Part shown: positions 11,616 to 25,287 of the stretch, piece by piece
Layout of the letters: each line of letters starts with the position of its first letter
Numbering within the stretch: position 1 is the stretch's first letter
Assembly (NCBI GenBank): GCA_951406725.2
Contig: OX597817.1
Span: forward strand, 48,236,001-48,300,000
Length of the DNA: 64,000 nt
Direction: 5' to 3'
Source: Octopus vulgaris
Lineage: Eukaryota
Program-made: the position numbers and the translations under genes
The notes under the pieces: generated by a model
Told to the model about the DNA's origin: nothing
The model's database searches: none
What the model saw: the letters and a program-made list of their open reading frames with translations, nothing else

Positions 11616-11679
11616 ATGCAAATATATGTATGTTTATATAACATGTATATATGTATGTATATGTATGTATGTATATATA

Positions 11680-12092
11680 CGCAGGAGTGGCTGTGTGGTA
11701 AGTAGCTTGCTTACCAGCCACATGGTTCCGGGTTTAGTCCCACTGCGTGTCACATTGGGCAAGTGTCTTCTACTGTAGCCTTGGGCCGACCATTGCCTTG
11801 CGAGCGGATTTGGTAGACGGAAACTGAAAGAAGCCCGTCGTATATATGTAAATACATATATGTGTGTGTGTACCTGTATGTTTGGGTGTCTGTGTTTGTC
11901 CTCCTAGCATTGCTTGACAACTGATGCTGGTGTGTTTATGTCCCTGTCACTTAGCGGTTCGGCAAAAGAGACCGATAGAATAAGTACTGGGCTTACAAAG
12001 AATAAGTCCCGGGGTCGAGTTGCTCGTTTAAAGGCAGTGCTCCAGCATGGCCGCAGTCAAATGACTGAAACAAGTAAAAGAGTAAAAGAGAA
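11680..12092 (+). mobile_element. SINE family B (mirror at 62780-63195)
   Basis: Same consensus as 8433-8821. Confidence 0.8.
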
Positions 12093-13441
12093 TAAGTTTT
12101 GTGATATATCTGCTGCTTTTCAGTAAAGCATAGTCCTCTACCTCTGGCATTCGAGTACTATATCTTCCATTTTGTTTCACATTTATGTGCTCCTTTCAGG
12201 GCTATCTGCTTGATCTAAAAGGCTTCTCACATTCCAATAGGCCAGGTTAAGAGAAACCTTATTCCTTGCATACATGTTATCGTTGTTTGTATCAGTACTT
12301 TGTTCATTCCTGCTAAATTAAACCACCGTTCGCCGCAGTAAACTAACCAGCAGAGGAACGACAGACAATTTTTATTGCACTTTTTTAGCACTTTTCCAGT
12401 GTATCTAGGTGAGAAATGTTCTCCTTGAAAGAGCTGCTCAGACAGAATATTCTCTACGGAAAACAGTTCCTGTCCATGAAAACATGTTAGTGATTGTTAA
12501 GACAAGAACCCTGCCGCCTTTTGTGCAGATTTGTAACTGTATGTTTCCAACAGGCCAAGGCTGCATTTATGTTGCTACAATCCTTAACACTGCATCAGGA
12601 ACATTAAAATGCGTTTTCCAAAAATCATTCAGTGTCAAATCATTTGAAGAAACGATCTCGAAAGCGTTTATGAAAAGGAATCTTTATAGTGAGTGTTCTT
12701 TTAGAAACGATCGGAAGTGACCTGCTGGTCTGATGGACAGTGAAATGGAAATGTGGTGTGAGGCAATAAATTTACTTTTACAAATCTCAGCTATTCTGCA
12801 GCTGGTCCATCAAATAAGGAGAGTGTGCTGGGGCCAAAAGTCCTTTGACCAGAAATGCCTTGAGAAAAATGTATGAAACAGCTCGGCTTGCAAGATACAT
12901 TCTAGCCCTATAAAACCCTGGTGTTTTAGGGGCTCCATAAGCCTGTTGGACGTGGATCTCAGGGCACTCGCCTCCTTTATTCCTGAACTACTAAATTTAT
13001 GACAATGGAAGTTGACATATGTATAGACAATTGATAGGTAAATATTTCTGCATTATAAAAATCTTGTTGACGTCGGCCATTCTTCTGATGACATCATCAG
13101 TTGTTCTCAGATGAGCTAAAATTTAGGTCTCCTATAGTGTTCAAAATGTCTTCCAAAACCAGTAAGACAATGACCATGAAACTTTACAGGGATATGGGTA
13201 CAGCACAGGAAAAAAAAATTTTAATAATTTTAAAAATGACGTCATCAAATTTATCCAATTTAAAACAAGAAACATTTTGCCTTTCTATTTGTTGAAAGTT
13301 TCCAGGAACTACTCATACTATGATATGAAATTTGGCGAGAATATACATCAGTAGCAAACAAATATTTTTTTTGTAACAGCAATTTTGCTATTGTTTCTAT
13401 TGTATAATCAAATTTTATTTAACCAGACAGAAAAATTAAGA

Positions 13442-13585
13442 GGTAAGTAGCTTGCTTACCAGCCACATGGTTCCGGGTTCAGTCCCACTGCGTGGCATCT
13501 TGGGAAAGTGTCTTCTACTATAGCCTCGGGCCGAAAATTGACTTTTGAGTGGATTTGGTTGACGGAAACTGAAAGAAGCCTGTCG

Positions 13586-13636
<51 letters not shown>

Positions 13637-13852
13637 ATATGTTTGTGTGTCTGTGTTTGTCCTCCTAGCATTGCTTGACAACCGATGCTGGTGTGTTTAC
13701 GTCCCCGTAACTTAGCGGTTCGGCAAAAAGAGACCGATAGAGTAAGTACTGGGCTTACAAGGAATAAGTCTCAGGGTCGATTTGCTCTAAAGGCGGTGCT
13801 CCACCATGGCCGCAGTCAAATGACTGAAACAAGTAAAAGAGAGAAAAGAGAG
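13442..13852 (+). mobile_element. SINE family B (mirror at 61010-61441)
   Basis: Same consensus as 8433-8821. Confidence 0.8.
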
Positions 13853-14537
13853 ATATACCACCTGTTCAACTCCTACCGTTTCTAGGGCAACGAAGAAAAC
13901 TTTTTTCGAAATCAGTGATATGAGCTTTTAGCAGGATAAATTTCAGGCTAAGTAACCCAGTTTCAGAGAAAAATCTTCTTTCGAAAGTTATGAAAATAAT
14001 AATAAAAAAACGGCTCAGAGAGTCCTTTTACCAGGCATAACAGGGTTAAAAGAATAACTGAAAAACGTAGAAGAGAAGAAGAGATCACTTGAAAATCCAG
14101 TGGCTTCAATATCTGCTCGCGCAGATGTGCTGCAACGGTCATCGTCAGCTGCTGGTATCTTAGTAACGCTTACCCGCATCACGTTCCACTCGTTCGCTCT
14201 GACGTCGAAACAAATCATTTGGAGCATAACACACACACGAGCTCGATCGAGCCGGCCGGTGGATAGTCGTTTCTTTCCTTCTCGTGCCACATGCCAAAGC
14301 TTCGAATGGTACTTCTTACTCTCATGATACAGTGTAAAATTAAACAACCCGTACTGGTTTTATGAACTCAGTATATTTATGTTTAGCGTCTGGTACTATT
14401 TTGTGTTCGTGAAGAGCAGTCGTAAGATGGAGAGATTGTAACATATCAACACACCATTTAAGATATATCTAGAATTCACCTCACATTTATACGTAGACTG
14501 CGTCAAAGAAATTTTCTTGTTATATAACTATTCGTAA

Positions 14538-14750
14538 AGCGGCGAGCTGGCAGAATCGTTGGCACGCCCAACAGAATGCTTAGCGACATTTCATCCGTCT
14601 TTACATTCTGAGTTCAAATTCCGTTGAGGTCGACTTTACCTTTCATCCTTCCGGGGTCGATAACATAAGTATCAGTTGAACACTGCCGTCATTGTAATAG
14701 ACTTATCTCCTTCCCCGAGCTTGATGGACTTGTACCAAAATTTGAAATCG
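14538..14750 (+). mobile_element. SINE family A (mirror at 60118-60329)
   Basis: gcggcgagctggcagaatcgtt..ctgagttcaaattccg..ggggtcgataa. Confidence 0.75.
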
Positions 14751-15271
14751 TTATATTAATTATTCGTAGTTGTTGCGGCAACATTATACACTAAATACCC
14801 TACATTGAATAACCTATACTGCACTTTACCAAATGGCTTACAGTATTTTGCTAAGTTTTCAAAGTAACTATTTTTATTCGATCTATTTCTTGCTCTCACA
14901 GCATAAAATTAACCTCATTATTTCAATCAGTTTACATACAAGTTTTGTTCTCTCAGATTCCATTGTTTTATATTTCATTTCGTAGATTACTAAACTTTCA
15001 ATTTCTCTTACTTCTATTCAAGAATATCTTTTCTTTTACTTGTTTCAATCATTAGACTGCAGCCAAGCTGAGGCATCACTTTCAAGAATTTTAGACGAAC
15101 GAAATCAACCCCAGCACTTGTCTTTTTAAAGCTTGGTGCTTATTCTATCGGTCTCTTTGCTGAGCCGCGAAGCACATGAGCACATCAAAACCAGTTGTCA
15201 AGCAGTGATGGGGACAAACACAGACAATATGTACCCTAATATTTTTACCAGAGATCAATCCTATAGTCACT

Positions 15272-15349
<78 letters not shown>

Positions 15350-15907
15350 TTCATTTTCCGTCTAACAAGTAGAAATGTAATGGAAAATTGGTCAGTTTCA
15401 AAACATTGATGTTCAGGTCAGAAAAGCAAAGTTTGAAGGCAATTGTAGTCATTTATAAACCTCGTCTTATTGAAGCGAAGTATATTTACATAATGAACTG
15501 TATAAATCTACTAGAAATTCAGTCTTAATTCGTATTTCATCTAATATATATAAGATATAAAATATTTTCAAATTTCATACGAGTTTGTAATAAAAATTAA
15601 GCAATTCATAATTTTATAATGGCATATTTTAATAAGATTACTTAGCAAAGCTTTAAAAATTTTCAATTGATTTCTTAAGAGTGGTAGTAATACATTTCTA
15701 CGTATTTCTACGTAACTTATTTAGTTAAGCGATAAAATTTCATAAAGGGAAATAAGAAAATATGCAAAAGATTGATGAAGAGCAAACTATTAAAAAACAC
15801 CCAAAGAATGGCAAAATTCCGAGAACAATAAGTGACATTTTAAATAGTTAAATTTTCAATCGAAAAATACACATCATCTTGTTTGTTTCTCCTTCTCAGT
15901 TATTTAA

Positions 15908-15939
15908 TTAACATTTGCAATGTTCTGGTTGACAGGGAC
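15908..15939 (-). pseudogene. Internally deleted duplicate of deacetylase exon 2 (mini-exon GPCQPEHCKC*) retaining its acceptor
   Basis: Minus strand tttactttgcag|GT CCC TGT CAA CCA GAA CAT TGC AAA TGT TAA: the first 8 and last 2 codons of exon 2 fused in frame. Confidence 0.8.
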
Positions 15940-16582
15940 CTGCAAAGTAAATGAACCATGAAATATAACCAAAAAATGAAAGTTTTTTTTTAATGGATAC
16001 GAACACACATCTGCTAACTAACTCTTATATGGAATGAGGCCTAGAGCTATTGATCTACAACAATAAAAAACGAAACAGGAGTTCCAACCATTGATACGGG
16101 TGTAAAAATGCAATTATACAAACAATAGGGGAAATCTGTGGAATCAGAGAACACGGCACAAAACTTTCATTTGTCGTGGGGATTTTGGAAGGTTGTTCGT
16201 CAACAGATCAGAATGATGCAGTTATCTTGTAAACATAAACATTTATACGATTATTGCTATCGGAGAAAAATAAATAATTATATAACACTATAAATTAATC
16301 ATTTCAAAGATCACTGAAATTCTTCGTGAAAATACATAGATCTGAACGTGTATGTTATGCATAGAAATACACCCGGTGAACGCCGCTGTTAAAGCGACTC
16401 CATGGCTTGCTTATCGAAGAATATCAGTGAACGCAGTTCTTTTCTAATATCGTAGAGAGATTTCCATCAACGTTAACTATACTTCATTTTAGCTGAATGG
16501 TTATTAACTAAACTTAAGCTATCTGACGCATTTATATCAGTCAATGTATATTACACAGTAATATAATGGTATTTATTTTATC
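15940..16582 (-). repeat. Tandem duplicate of the 3' part of the intron (other copy 18717-19355)
   Basis: Shared blocks such as ctcttatatggaatgaggcctagagctattgatctac and cacccggtgaacgccgctgttaaagcgactcc. Confidence 0.9.
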
Positions 16583-16964
16583 CAATACTTAAATTATCCT
16601 TCCTTCGAAGCTTAATAATCTGCTGACGAATTGGTAACGGAGTAAGTGGCATTATATTAACAAAGTACACTGCAAATATTCTTACTAATGTTTAGTAAAC
16701 GAACCGTCACGTAAACAAATTCAAATTATTAGAGTTCGCCGGTCAAATATACTAAATCACGGAGTAAAAGCAACCGTTCTGATCATTTTGACCGCCATGG
16801 GTTTTGCAGTAAATCACTAAATCATCCATAACTTTTGTATTATCCTCTCAAATTACATCAAAATCTCAAGCAATAACAAATAATATCGTATTTATTGTCT
16901 GTGAAAATTACAGAATATAAAACAACTTTGATAAAAAAAATTATATCTACTTTTCTGACGAAAA

Positions 16965-16999
16965 CAATGCCGTTCTGAACATTTTGGCCGCCACTGTAT
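16965..16999 (-). mobile_element. Solo Tc1/mariner-like terminal inverted repeat
   Basis: Minus strand TA-CAGTGGCGGCCAAAATGTTCAGAACGG, with an internal direct repeat at ~16775-16797. Confidence 0.45.
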
Positions 17000-17545
17000 A
17001 CACATATACATTCATGCACACATATACATACACACGCACATATGCATACATACATATATATATGACTACATAAACACATACATATATATATGCATACATA
17101 CACACATATATCCACATATATATGCACATATATGCATACACACATATATGTACGCATATATATACATACATATTTGCATATATACACCATTATGCATACA
17201 TATACATATATATACGAATATATATATATATATACACATATATATATATACACACATATAGATACACATATATATACACATATATATACACATATATATA
17301 CACATATATATATACATATATACACATATATACATACCTATATATTCACACATATATATACATACATATACACATTATATATATACATAAACACACACAC
17401 ATATATACACATATATATATATATACATTCACACATATATACATATATCTAAATGCATATATATATGTACATACAAACATATACACGCCTATGTATACAT
17501 ACAAACATATACACCTATATATACATACAAATAATATACACGTAT
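16997..17545. repeat. Degenerate (CA/TA)n low-complexity tract
   Basis: Direct inspection. Confidence 0.9.
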
Positions 17546-17763
17546 ATTTATTTATATGTGTTATTTGTTTATGAATTGATTTATGAAGTGCAGCAAGAAT
17601 ATATTTCAGTATATCTCAATTTATTCAATTAAGCGATAAAACTGCAAAAATGGAAATGTTAAAAATGTAAAAATGGTAAAAATGTAAAAATTCCGAGAAC
17701 AAGTATATATTTAAATACTTCAATTTTGAATCATAAAATATCCATCATCTTGTTTGTTTCTCC

Positions 17764-18716
17764 TCAGTTATTTAATTTACATTTCCAATTTCTGAATTCA
17801 GAAATTTTGTCCAATGGAACTGGATTCTGAATCCATTGCAAAGCTTGAGTCACAGTCACAATCCATACATCGTTTTTGAGGGCAACTTCTTCCAAAAATG
17901 TCTTCAATGGTTTTAAGTTATTTTTAAGCCAAGGTGCATGCAAAAATATGCCGAAAGGTGCCCTATTTCTTTTATAATGGCGATTAAAGTTGTCTTTCAA
18001 GTAATTTACGACAGCCGATGAGTTTTGAGGAATTATACAGGAATCAGCCATTGAACAAGCACTTCCTTTGTCATTGTACCAACGTATAAGTGGGACTTCC
18101 CATAATCCTGGATATGATTTCTCTGGACAGTATTTAAGTAGGCAATATTTTTTGATAACCGGGTAATCAAGTGTAAAGGGCCATGCTGGTATCTCTGTAG
18201 TAGTAGAAACTGAACCTGTAACCATCGAACTATCGTAGTAAAATCTATTATCTTTCAACATTTTGAACTGGGCATCTTTTCCCATTGAAAGAAACGGTGA
18301 GCGCATTCCACGAATATCTTTTGCTGGAATATCGGCCTTTTCAATAAGCCAGTTTTTCATGCCAACTATTTCATCGGTATAAGTCTCGTAATCAGAATTC
18401 AACCAATAGGCGTGTGGAAGTTTATGCGTTTTGCTATGAGAAGCTATTTCATGTCCTTGGCCATATAATTCTTTCACATTTTTATAAATAGTATAATCGC
18501 CGGAAACGAAAAATGTTGCTTGAATAGGACAGCCGTTTGGATTTGTTATGTTAGAACCAAACAAATCCCTGTAATAACCGATGTTGTGCTCATTAATTCC
18601 GTCGTCAAAAGTCAATAGAATTATCTGCGGAGTTGCATTTGTTGGCAATGAGCCTGGAATTTCCGGCCCAGGACATTTACATTTCGGTAGCTTGCAATGT
18701 TCTGGTTGACAGGGAC
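17764..18716 (-). CDS. Exon 2 of CBM14-chitin deacetylase (CE4/NodB-type catalytic domain), left copy
   Basis: Phase-1 acceptor ttgcag|GT at 18717/18716; motifs LTFDD, HEIASHSKTH, RSPF, WPFTLDY, YPGLWEVP and GIFLH typical of animal chitin deacetylases. Confidence 0.92.
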
Positions 18717-19671
18717 CTGCAAGGTAAAAAAACCCAAAACAAATCAAATCAAAAGATGGACGGTTTTTTTCAAAATGGATATGAACACACATCTGCTAAT
18801 TAACTCTTATATGGAATGAGGCCTAGAGCTATTGATCTACAATAATAAAAAAAGAAACAGGAGTTTCAACCATTGATACGGGGGTAAAATTGCAACTATG
18901 CAAACAATAGGGGAAATCTGTGGAATCAGAGAAAACTGCGCAAAAAATTCATTTACCGTGGGGATTTTTGGAAGGTTGATTTTCAAGAGAGCAGAATGAT
19001 GCAGTTATCTCGAAAACATAACCATTTTACTATCGGAGAACAGAAAATATTTATATTACACTATAAATTAATCATTTCAAAGATCACTGAAATTCTTCGT
19101 GGAAATACATAGATCTGAACGTGTATGTTATGCATAGAAATACACCCGGTGAACGCCGCTGTTAAAGCGACTCCATGGCTTGCTTATCGAGGAATATCAG
19201 TGAACGCAGTTCTTTTCTAATATCGTGGAGAGATTTCCATCAACGTTAACTATACTTCATTTTAGCTGAATGGTTATTAACTAAACTTAAGCTATCTGAC
19301 GCATTTATATCAGTCAATGTATATTACACAGTAATATAATGGTATATATTTTATCAAACCGGATAGGATGAAAGGCAAAGCAGACCTCGGCAGAATTTGA
19401 ACTCAGAGCATAAAGACGCAAGAAAGGCGCTGAGCATTTAGCCCAACATGCTAACGAATATGCTAGCTCTCCGCCTTCAGTTCTTTTGTAATATTATGGG
19501 GAGATTTCCACCAATGTTAACAATACCTCATTTTAGCTGAATGGCTCTTAACTAAACTTAACCTATCTGACGCATTCATATCAGACAATGTATATTACAC
19601 AGACCACTTGAGCTGATGTTTGTGGAATACAAACTTAACTCTCCATTTTATCCCGTTATTTGAATGTTTAA

Positions 19672-19860
19672 ACAATCGAAGTGAGATGGGTGCTCGCCAA
19701 TAAACAAAAACAGCCAAGGCGACAATACAGAATGGGCAGTGCTTTATATTCATCGTATCTGCAGGGGTATTTTTGGAGAAGTATATTCGGAAACCATGAA
19801 CTGTCATTCACGAATCTGATTTCATATGACATGTTTTGCTTATAAAGAAAAATTTCTTGC
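19672..19860 (+). mobile_element. Merlin (ISXO2-like) transposase C-terminal remnant in the intron; the longer version is in the right arm
   Basis: Reverse complement of 55985-56178; about 750 bp present at 56180-56930 is missing here. Confidence 0.5.
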
Positions 19861-20581
19861 AAACATTGTTTTCAAGTTTAATTTATTTTCTAGTTTAAAT
19901 CTGTTCTGTCATTGCTTCGGTGGCGTTTTTTTGTTGTTATCTATGCAGAATATTACAGAATATACTTTCATTTTGGGTTTCCGCCCTCGTCACTTCCAGT
20001 TGTGACAGTATTACTCATTTTATCGCCAATTACTCTCATTATTTGATGACTCAAAACTATGTTGATCCTGATTATCAGAGTTTACTGGAGCAACAGGAGA
20101 CCCAACTATTCAAAAACCCAACCTGCAACACAGTCCGAGAATTGAATCCAAAGTCACCTTTTCAGGATGAAATATAGTAGTTAAAATGACTATATCCTAT
20201 ACTATATACAATACCTCTTATCTAAAATAATCTATCAAACTTGTATACAAGATCGTTAACAGGTGGTGAATTACAATTTCGGATATAAACTCATGTTTTA
20301 CGCCGTTTAATATTTTAAGAAATGGTCGTTCGTAAGAAGCAACATAAAATCGATAAATGACTGCTTAGAATAGGAAATATTTTAAGCTTAAAAGATAAGA
20401 GAAAGAACAGCAGTTTTGAATAAATACCAAATTCAGAGTGTTGTAAACTGGATTATATATAACTCTAGTTCGACAATCAGAGATCGCTTATTTCTTATTG
20501 AGTTACTACTGTGGCAAGAGATAAAAACTTCACTGAAAGAAGAGATTTGGTACATAAAATTCGTGAAAATATATTACTTAC

Positions 20582-21155
20582 CAGTGAGTTGGGGTTTAGA
20601 AGTAGTGGTTTTTGACTGATCATCCTGGTTGTGGCACTTGAAAGTGTTTGGAATATTTGAACAGGCACAGATGCTAGCTGCTGGATTGAAATCTGTTCCT
20701 TCAGGACAAGTTTTTAATGCACCTGTTTCAAATCCCGTACAAAGATAGAATTGGTAATTGTTTGTTTCATGGCACTTATATTCATTGCTTTTTCTACAGC
20801 TTTTCAGAGAATTTGATGGTTTAGAAGTAGTAACTACATACTCTGTAGCTCCAACATCACGGGTGGTTTTTGACTGATCTCTCTGTGTTTTGCAAAAGCC
20901 ATCGCCATCGACTGGCCAGTCACAGACGTTATACTGTGGATTGAAACGTAGTATTTTCCCACAAGATTGCAATATGCTGTTTTTAGGTCCTGTACAATGA
21001 TAGAATTTGGAATCGTCTGTTTCATGGCACTTATATTCACCGTCTTTTGTACAGCTTTCCTGAGAATATGATGGAATAATAAATAAGACATGGAGCAAAA
21101 TTAATGGCAGCCAAAATGTGTGTTGGCGTTTCAGGTAAAAACCTTGAAAGCCCAT
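20582..21155 (-). CDS. Exon 1 of CBM14-chitin deacetylase, left copy (signal peptide + 2 CBM14 + T/S linkers); spliced product 508 aa
   Basis: ATG at 21155, hydrophobic FWLPLILLHVLFIIPSYS, two Cys-rich domains with FYxC..C..FNP..C; donor ACTG|GTAAGT at 20582/20581; 574 nt (phase 1) joins exon 2 in frame. Confidence 0.9.
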
Positions 21156-21243
21156 TTCGATGAACTCTTTGTCAATATAAATGTATATATATATATATAT
21201 ATTGATTAAAGTGTTATGCATAAAGTCTGAAGTTTAGGCTGCG

Positions 21244-21277
21244 ACTGAAATTGCTTGATTTCTTTATTGCTTTTATA
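21244..21277 (-). promoter_or_regulatory. TATA box + Inr core promoter, left gene
   Basis: TATAAAA (21277-21271) and TCAGT (21248-21244). Confidence 0.7.
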
Positions 21278-21397
21278 CACTTTGTAACATAAAACGAACC
21301 ACAATGACTATTAATGGGGAGGTTATGCATAACTTTTTTAAAAATTCCCCCCACCATTCTCTCACATCGTCTATGCAGAGGGACAAGCCTTATTGTA

Positions 21398-21433
<36 letters not shown>

Positions 21434-21664
21434 ACGAAAGAAAGAAAAAAGAAAGGAAGAAAGATCGAAAGAAAGGAAGACAGAAAGAAAAAATAAAGGA
21501 AGAAAGAAAGAAAGAAAGAAAGGAAGAAAGAAAGAAAGAAAGAGAGCAGGCGTTTGACGAGTTTTTTTTTCGGTAACAAGTTTTTGTGAATGTGAGAGTG
21601 AATGTAGAATGCAATGTCATGCTTCACAAGGATGTTTTGATAACAGAAAACACTTTCCAAATCA

Positions 21665-22001
21665 CGGAGATGTACTTGCATAGCAAGTAACCTAATCTAA
21701 GATCGTGTGCTAGAATGAAAACAACTGTAGCGTGGAAGGTGTTTATAAGTCATTTAGGAAACACAAAAACAGTAAGATTCACTTCAACATTTAAATTTAT
21801 TTTGCCAAAATATTTTCGTCGCTTTGAGACCGCAAACTGATCACCGACAAAATTCCGTACAGCATGGAATTTTGTCAGTGATCAGGTCGCGGTCTGAAAG
21901 CGATGAAAATATTTTGGCAAAATAAATTTAAATGTTGAAGTAAATCTAACGGTTTGTGTGTGTTTCTTAAATGGCTTATAAACACCTTCCACGCTGCAAT
22001 T
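21665..22001. mobile_element. Fold-back hammerhead-bearing element (duplicate of 1041-1377)
   Basis: Palindrome centred at ~21861 with the GTGATCA-G-GTCGC..GCGAT-GAAA motif. Confidence 0.65.
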
Positions 22002-22577
22002 ACTTTCCACGTTTCCATTCCCTACCGATTCTATGTCGCCTCACTTACGCAGCAAATTTTTCCCACCTCAAGGCCACGAATACAGATCGGTGGAACTGCG
22101 GGCCTTTCAGTCTTTACCAAGAATATTTGTAGAGTAATTTGAGTGCATTACATTCGACTAAAAAAAACGATCACAGTATATATTTATTTATTTCTTCTGC
22201 GATTAAAATTCCAAGTTCTTTGGGGTGTTAGACGTGGTCTCTTCCATTTAGTAGACTTTAGTGTAGTTCGCTGTTGCAAGCGTATGGAAAAGGTTCGTGA
22301 CTGGAGGTTGTCATAACTTCCCGTCTATACTTCCCAAGATGTCAAAAACTAACGCTAAATACTCTAGACAATTACCTCCTCCGCTTCTCTAACATCCCTG
22401 TATTCCGATCCAACCTCAACGTTGTACATCACTTCTTAACAGGCTAGCATATCATACATTCTGATCTTCTCAAGGCGCGAATATTTTCGTCTTTATTAAT
22501 AGATTAGTTTCGCTGTCCAGATTAGGCTCTTTACTCAAAGCTCACTCCAGAAAGTGCTGCCCGAAACTATAGTGATT

Positions 22578-22780
22578 TCAAATTTTGGCACAAGCCAGCA
22601 AACTCCGGTGGAAGGGGTAAGTCGATTACATCGATCCCACTGCTCAACTGGTACTCAATTTATCGACTCCGAAAGGATAACAGGCAGTCAACCTCGGCGG
22701 AATTTGAACTCAGATCATAAAGACAGACGAAATGTCGCTGAGCATTTTGCCCGGCATGCTAAGAATTCTGCCAGCTAGCT
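22578..22780 (-). mobile_element. SINE family A (mirror at 52984-53190)
   Basis: Consensus match to other family A copies. Confidence 0.7.
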
Positions 22781-24129
22781 GCCTAAAGTTGCCTGTAACT
22801 ATACTGATTTCATTCATTTACACTCACATATTCCCTTGGACATCGGCAACAAGGACTTCCACTTAACTGACTCAGACTTTCTTTCTTCGCCCTCCTACAA
22901 GGTATATGTTAGCTCAAGCACTCTGTGAACTTAAGCTACCAATTTTCGACTGTATTTCTTCCTACTTCGAAAGTATTTATCTCACTTCACATCTATGCAC
23001 TTGGAGGGTCATCCAACGATTGCTTTAGCGTAACTAGTCCGCGCATGCTCAGCTATGACTTAGATCTACACCACACCCACCTTCTGCAAACAATAACATT
23101 TCATGTCAGCTAACTGATTATAGCTCCATCGGTTCTCATACCAGTTATCCCTAGCAATAAATGTACTTTACCTGTGAGTTATGAGAAATAGCTAGGCATG
23201 AGATTGAAAGCAATCCACATGCAAACATGACCTCAATCCTACAAGTAGTTCGATAATAGATGCCCTGCAACAATTCATGTAAAGAACACAGAACCCCACA
23301 CCTGGAGAAAAATCGCTAGAACTACACGCTGGACCCGGTACTGCAACTCCTGTAAGACCATCTTTGGAACTGCAACGGGTAGGTCTGTACCTCGCACCGG
23401 TTGAAAGCCTTAGTGAGTCTTAGACTTAAAGTGACCCCGTTGGTCACTTACTAAAATTATTTCTACAAACTTTATAGAAACTTTCTTCATGCAACTTTAC
23501 AATGACGATGGTTCATGAAGCAGTATACCCGCAGAGGAAACCACCTTCTTTGCTTCGCGTGTATGAAGTATCTCACAACATACACTAGTTAAATCTGGTC
23601 GCTTCGAGTGGACAATGTCCATTCTATTATCCTCAAACAATGCACCATCAGAAAACAGCAATCTCTTTCTGTTATTTACATTCATCGTGGAGGCGCAATG
23701 GCCCAGTGATTAGGGTGGCAAACTTACGGGTTCGATTCCCAGACCGGGCGTTGTGAGTATTTATTGAGTGAAAACACCTGAAGCGCCACGAGGCTCCGGC
23801 AGCGGGTGGTGGCGAACCCTACTGTACTCTTTCACAATACCATTCCCTCTTTCTTCCTGTTTCTTTTGTACCTGTATTTCAAAGGGCCAGCCTTGTCACA
23901 CATTGTGTCACGCTGAATCTCCCCGAGAACTACGTTAAGGGTACACGTGTCTGTGGAGTGCTCAACCACTTGCACGTTAATTTCACGACCAGGCTGTTCC
24001 GTTAATCGGATCAACTGGAACCCTCGTCGTCGTAACCGACGGAGAGCCAAGAATTATACAGGCATTGGCATATGGCTACATACATATTCAGACAAATATG
24101 GGTAAAACATAAATATATACAAATGCATA

Positions 24130-24750
24130 CACAGGGGTTGGTCAAAATAATGGAAACACCTAGCATCATAATTTTGAAATATCTATAAAACCGTCAAAAG
24201 CTTGTTTATCTTTATGTTTATTTATATATTTATTATTAGTGTTGCTTAATGTTTTGCTAAAATTGCTGGGTTTTTTTCATATATCATCTGAAAAGGATAA
24301 TTAAAATTCATTAAAATGACCGATCTATCGGTCTTTCAAAGAGATCAAATTGTTGGTGCTCGTATGGCAGGCGCTGGCGTAACGAAAACAGCCGAAATGT
24401 TTGGTGTACTGTCTCGAAAGTAATCACAGCCTTTGAGAAAGAGGGAAAAAGCTCCGAAAGAAAACCAAAACTTTCAGATAGGGACCGGCGGATTCTTACG
24501 CAAATTGTTAGGAAGGATCACAAAAGTACAGCACCCAAAATTATTGCAGAGCTTAAAGACCACCTCGTAAACCCAGTTTCCACAAAAACACTTCGCCAGG
24601 AGATGCATAAAGCCGGATTTTATGGGAGGGCTGCAATCAGATAACCACTACATTCAAAAAGAAACGTTGCAAAGCGTTTAGAGTGGAGGTAAGGCCTATA
24701 GCACTGGTCCCTAGAATGATTTTTTTCTCGGACAACTCATCCTTTACCAA
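24130..24750 (+). mobile_element. Tc1/mariner remnant
   Basis: Same TIR and transposase N-terminus as 3327; continues into GFYGRAAIR-like sequence. Confidence 0.8.
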
Positions 24751-25228
24751 ATTCCAAGTAATCTTACTCGTTCACCACTAACAACCTTTTCTCCTGTCCA
24801 TTTATTATAGTGAGCCAGGACGATTGAATATTAAAATATTAAGTGAAAATGCGACTTTTTCCAGAATTTGGATTTTTTATACGGCAAGCATACCGTCCAG
24901 ATCTCTAATTTGAGTATAACGGATGTCCTTCCATGTCCCTAACAATCCCGGAGGCTTTGCAGAGAAGCCGTTCTTTGGTGTATACATATACAGGTCAGCT
25001 ATTACAGACGAAAGAAATGGGAAGTATACATTAAGCGTAGAGAGGAGGGAGAGAAAAAGAAAACGAAAGAGAAACAGAAACGGGAAACTAGGGAGAGAAG
25101 AGAGAAAAGGAAGAGGTTGCTAGCTCGTATGAAGTTGGAAAAAGAAAAAACACTTAAGAAAAGACAGTTCACTAAATGTGTGTAACGAACGCACACATAA
25201 AATAAAATTACACACACACAGACATATA

Positions 25229-25287
<59 letters not shown>

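Noticed and set aside
12409-12720. 103-aa ORF preserved in both arms (62151-62462), and similar mirrored short ORFs
   Set aside because: GTG start and no recognisable domain; preservation is explained by the recent duplication.
14025-14050. piggyBac-like TTAACCC terminus on the minus strand
   Set aside because: No matching opposite terminus or transposase found.
17764-18716. Horizontally acquired bacterial or fungal polysaccharide deacetylase
   Set aside because: NPNGCPI, WPFTLDY and PGLWEVP motifs, the CBM14 fusion and a spliceosomal intron fit the animal chitin deacetylase family.
18717-18792. ORF-track N-terminal extensions of the deacetylase ORFs (also 57661-57730) implying stand-alone single-exon genes
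   Set aside because: They are polypyrimidine/acceptor intron sequence, poorly conserved as protein between copies; phase-compatible splicing to exon 1 explains them.
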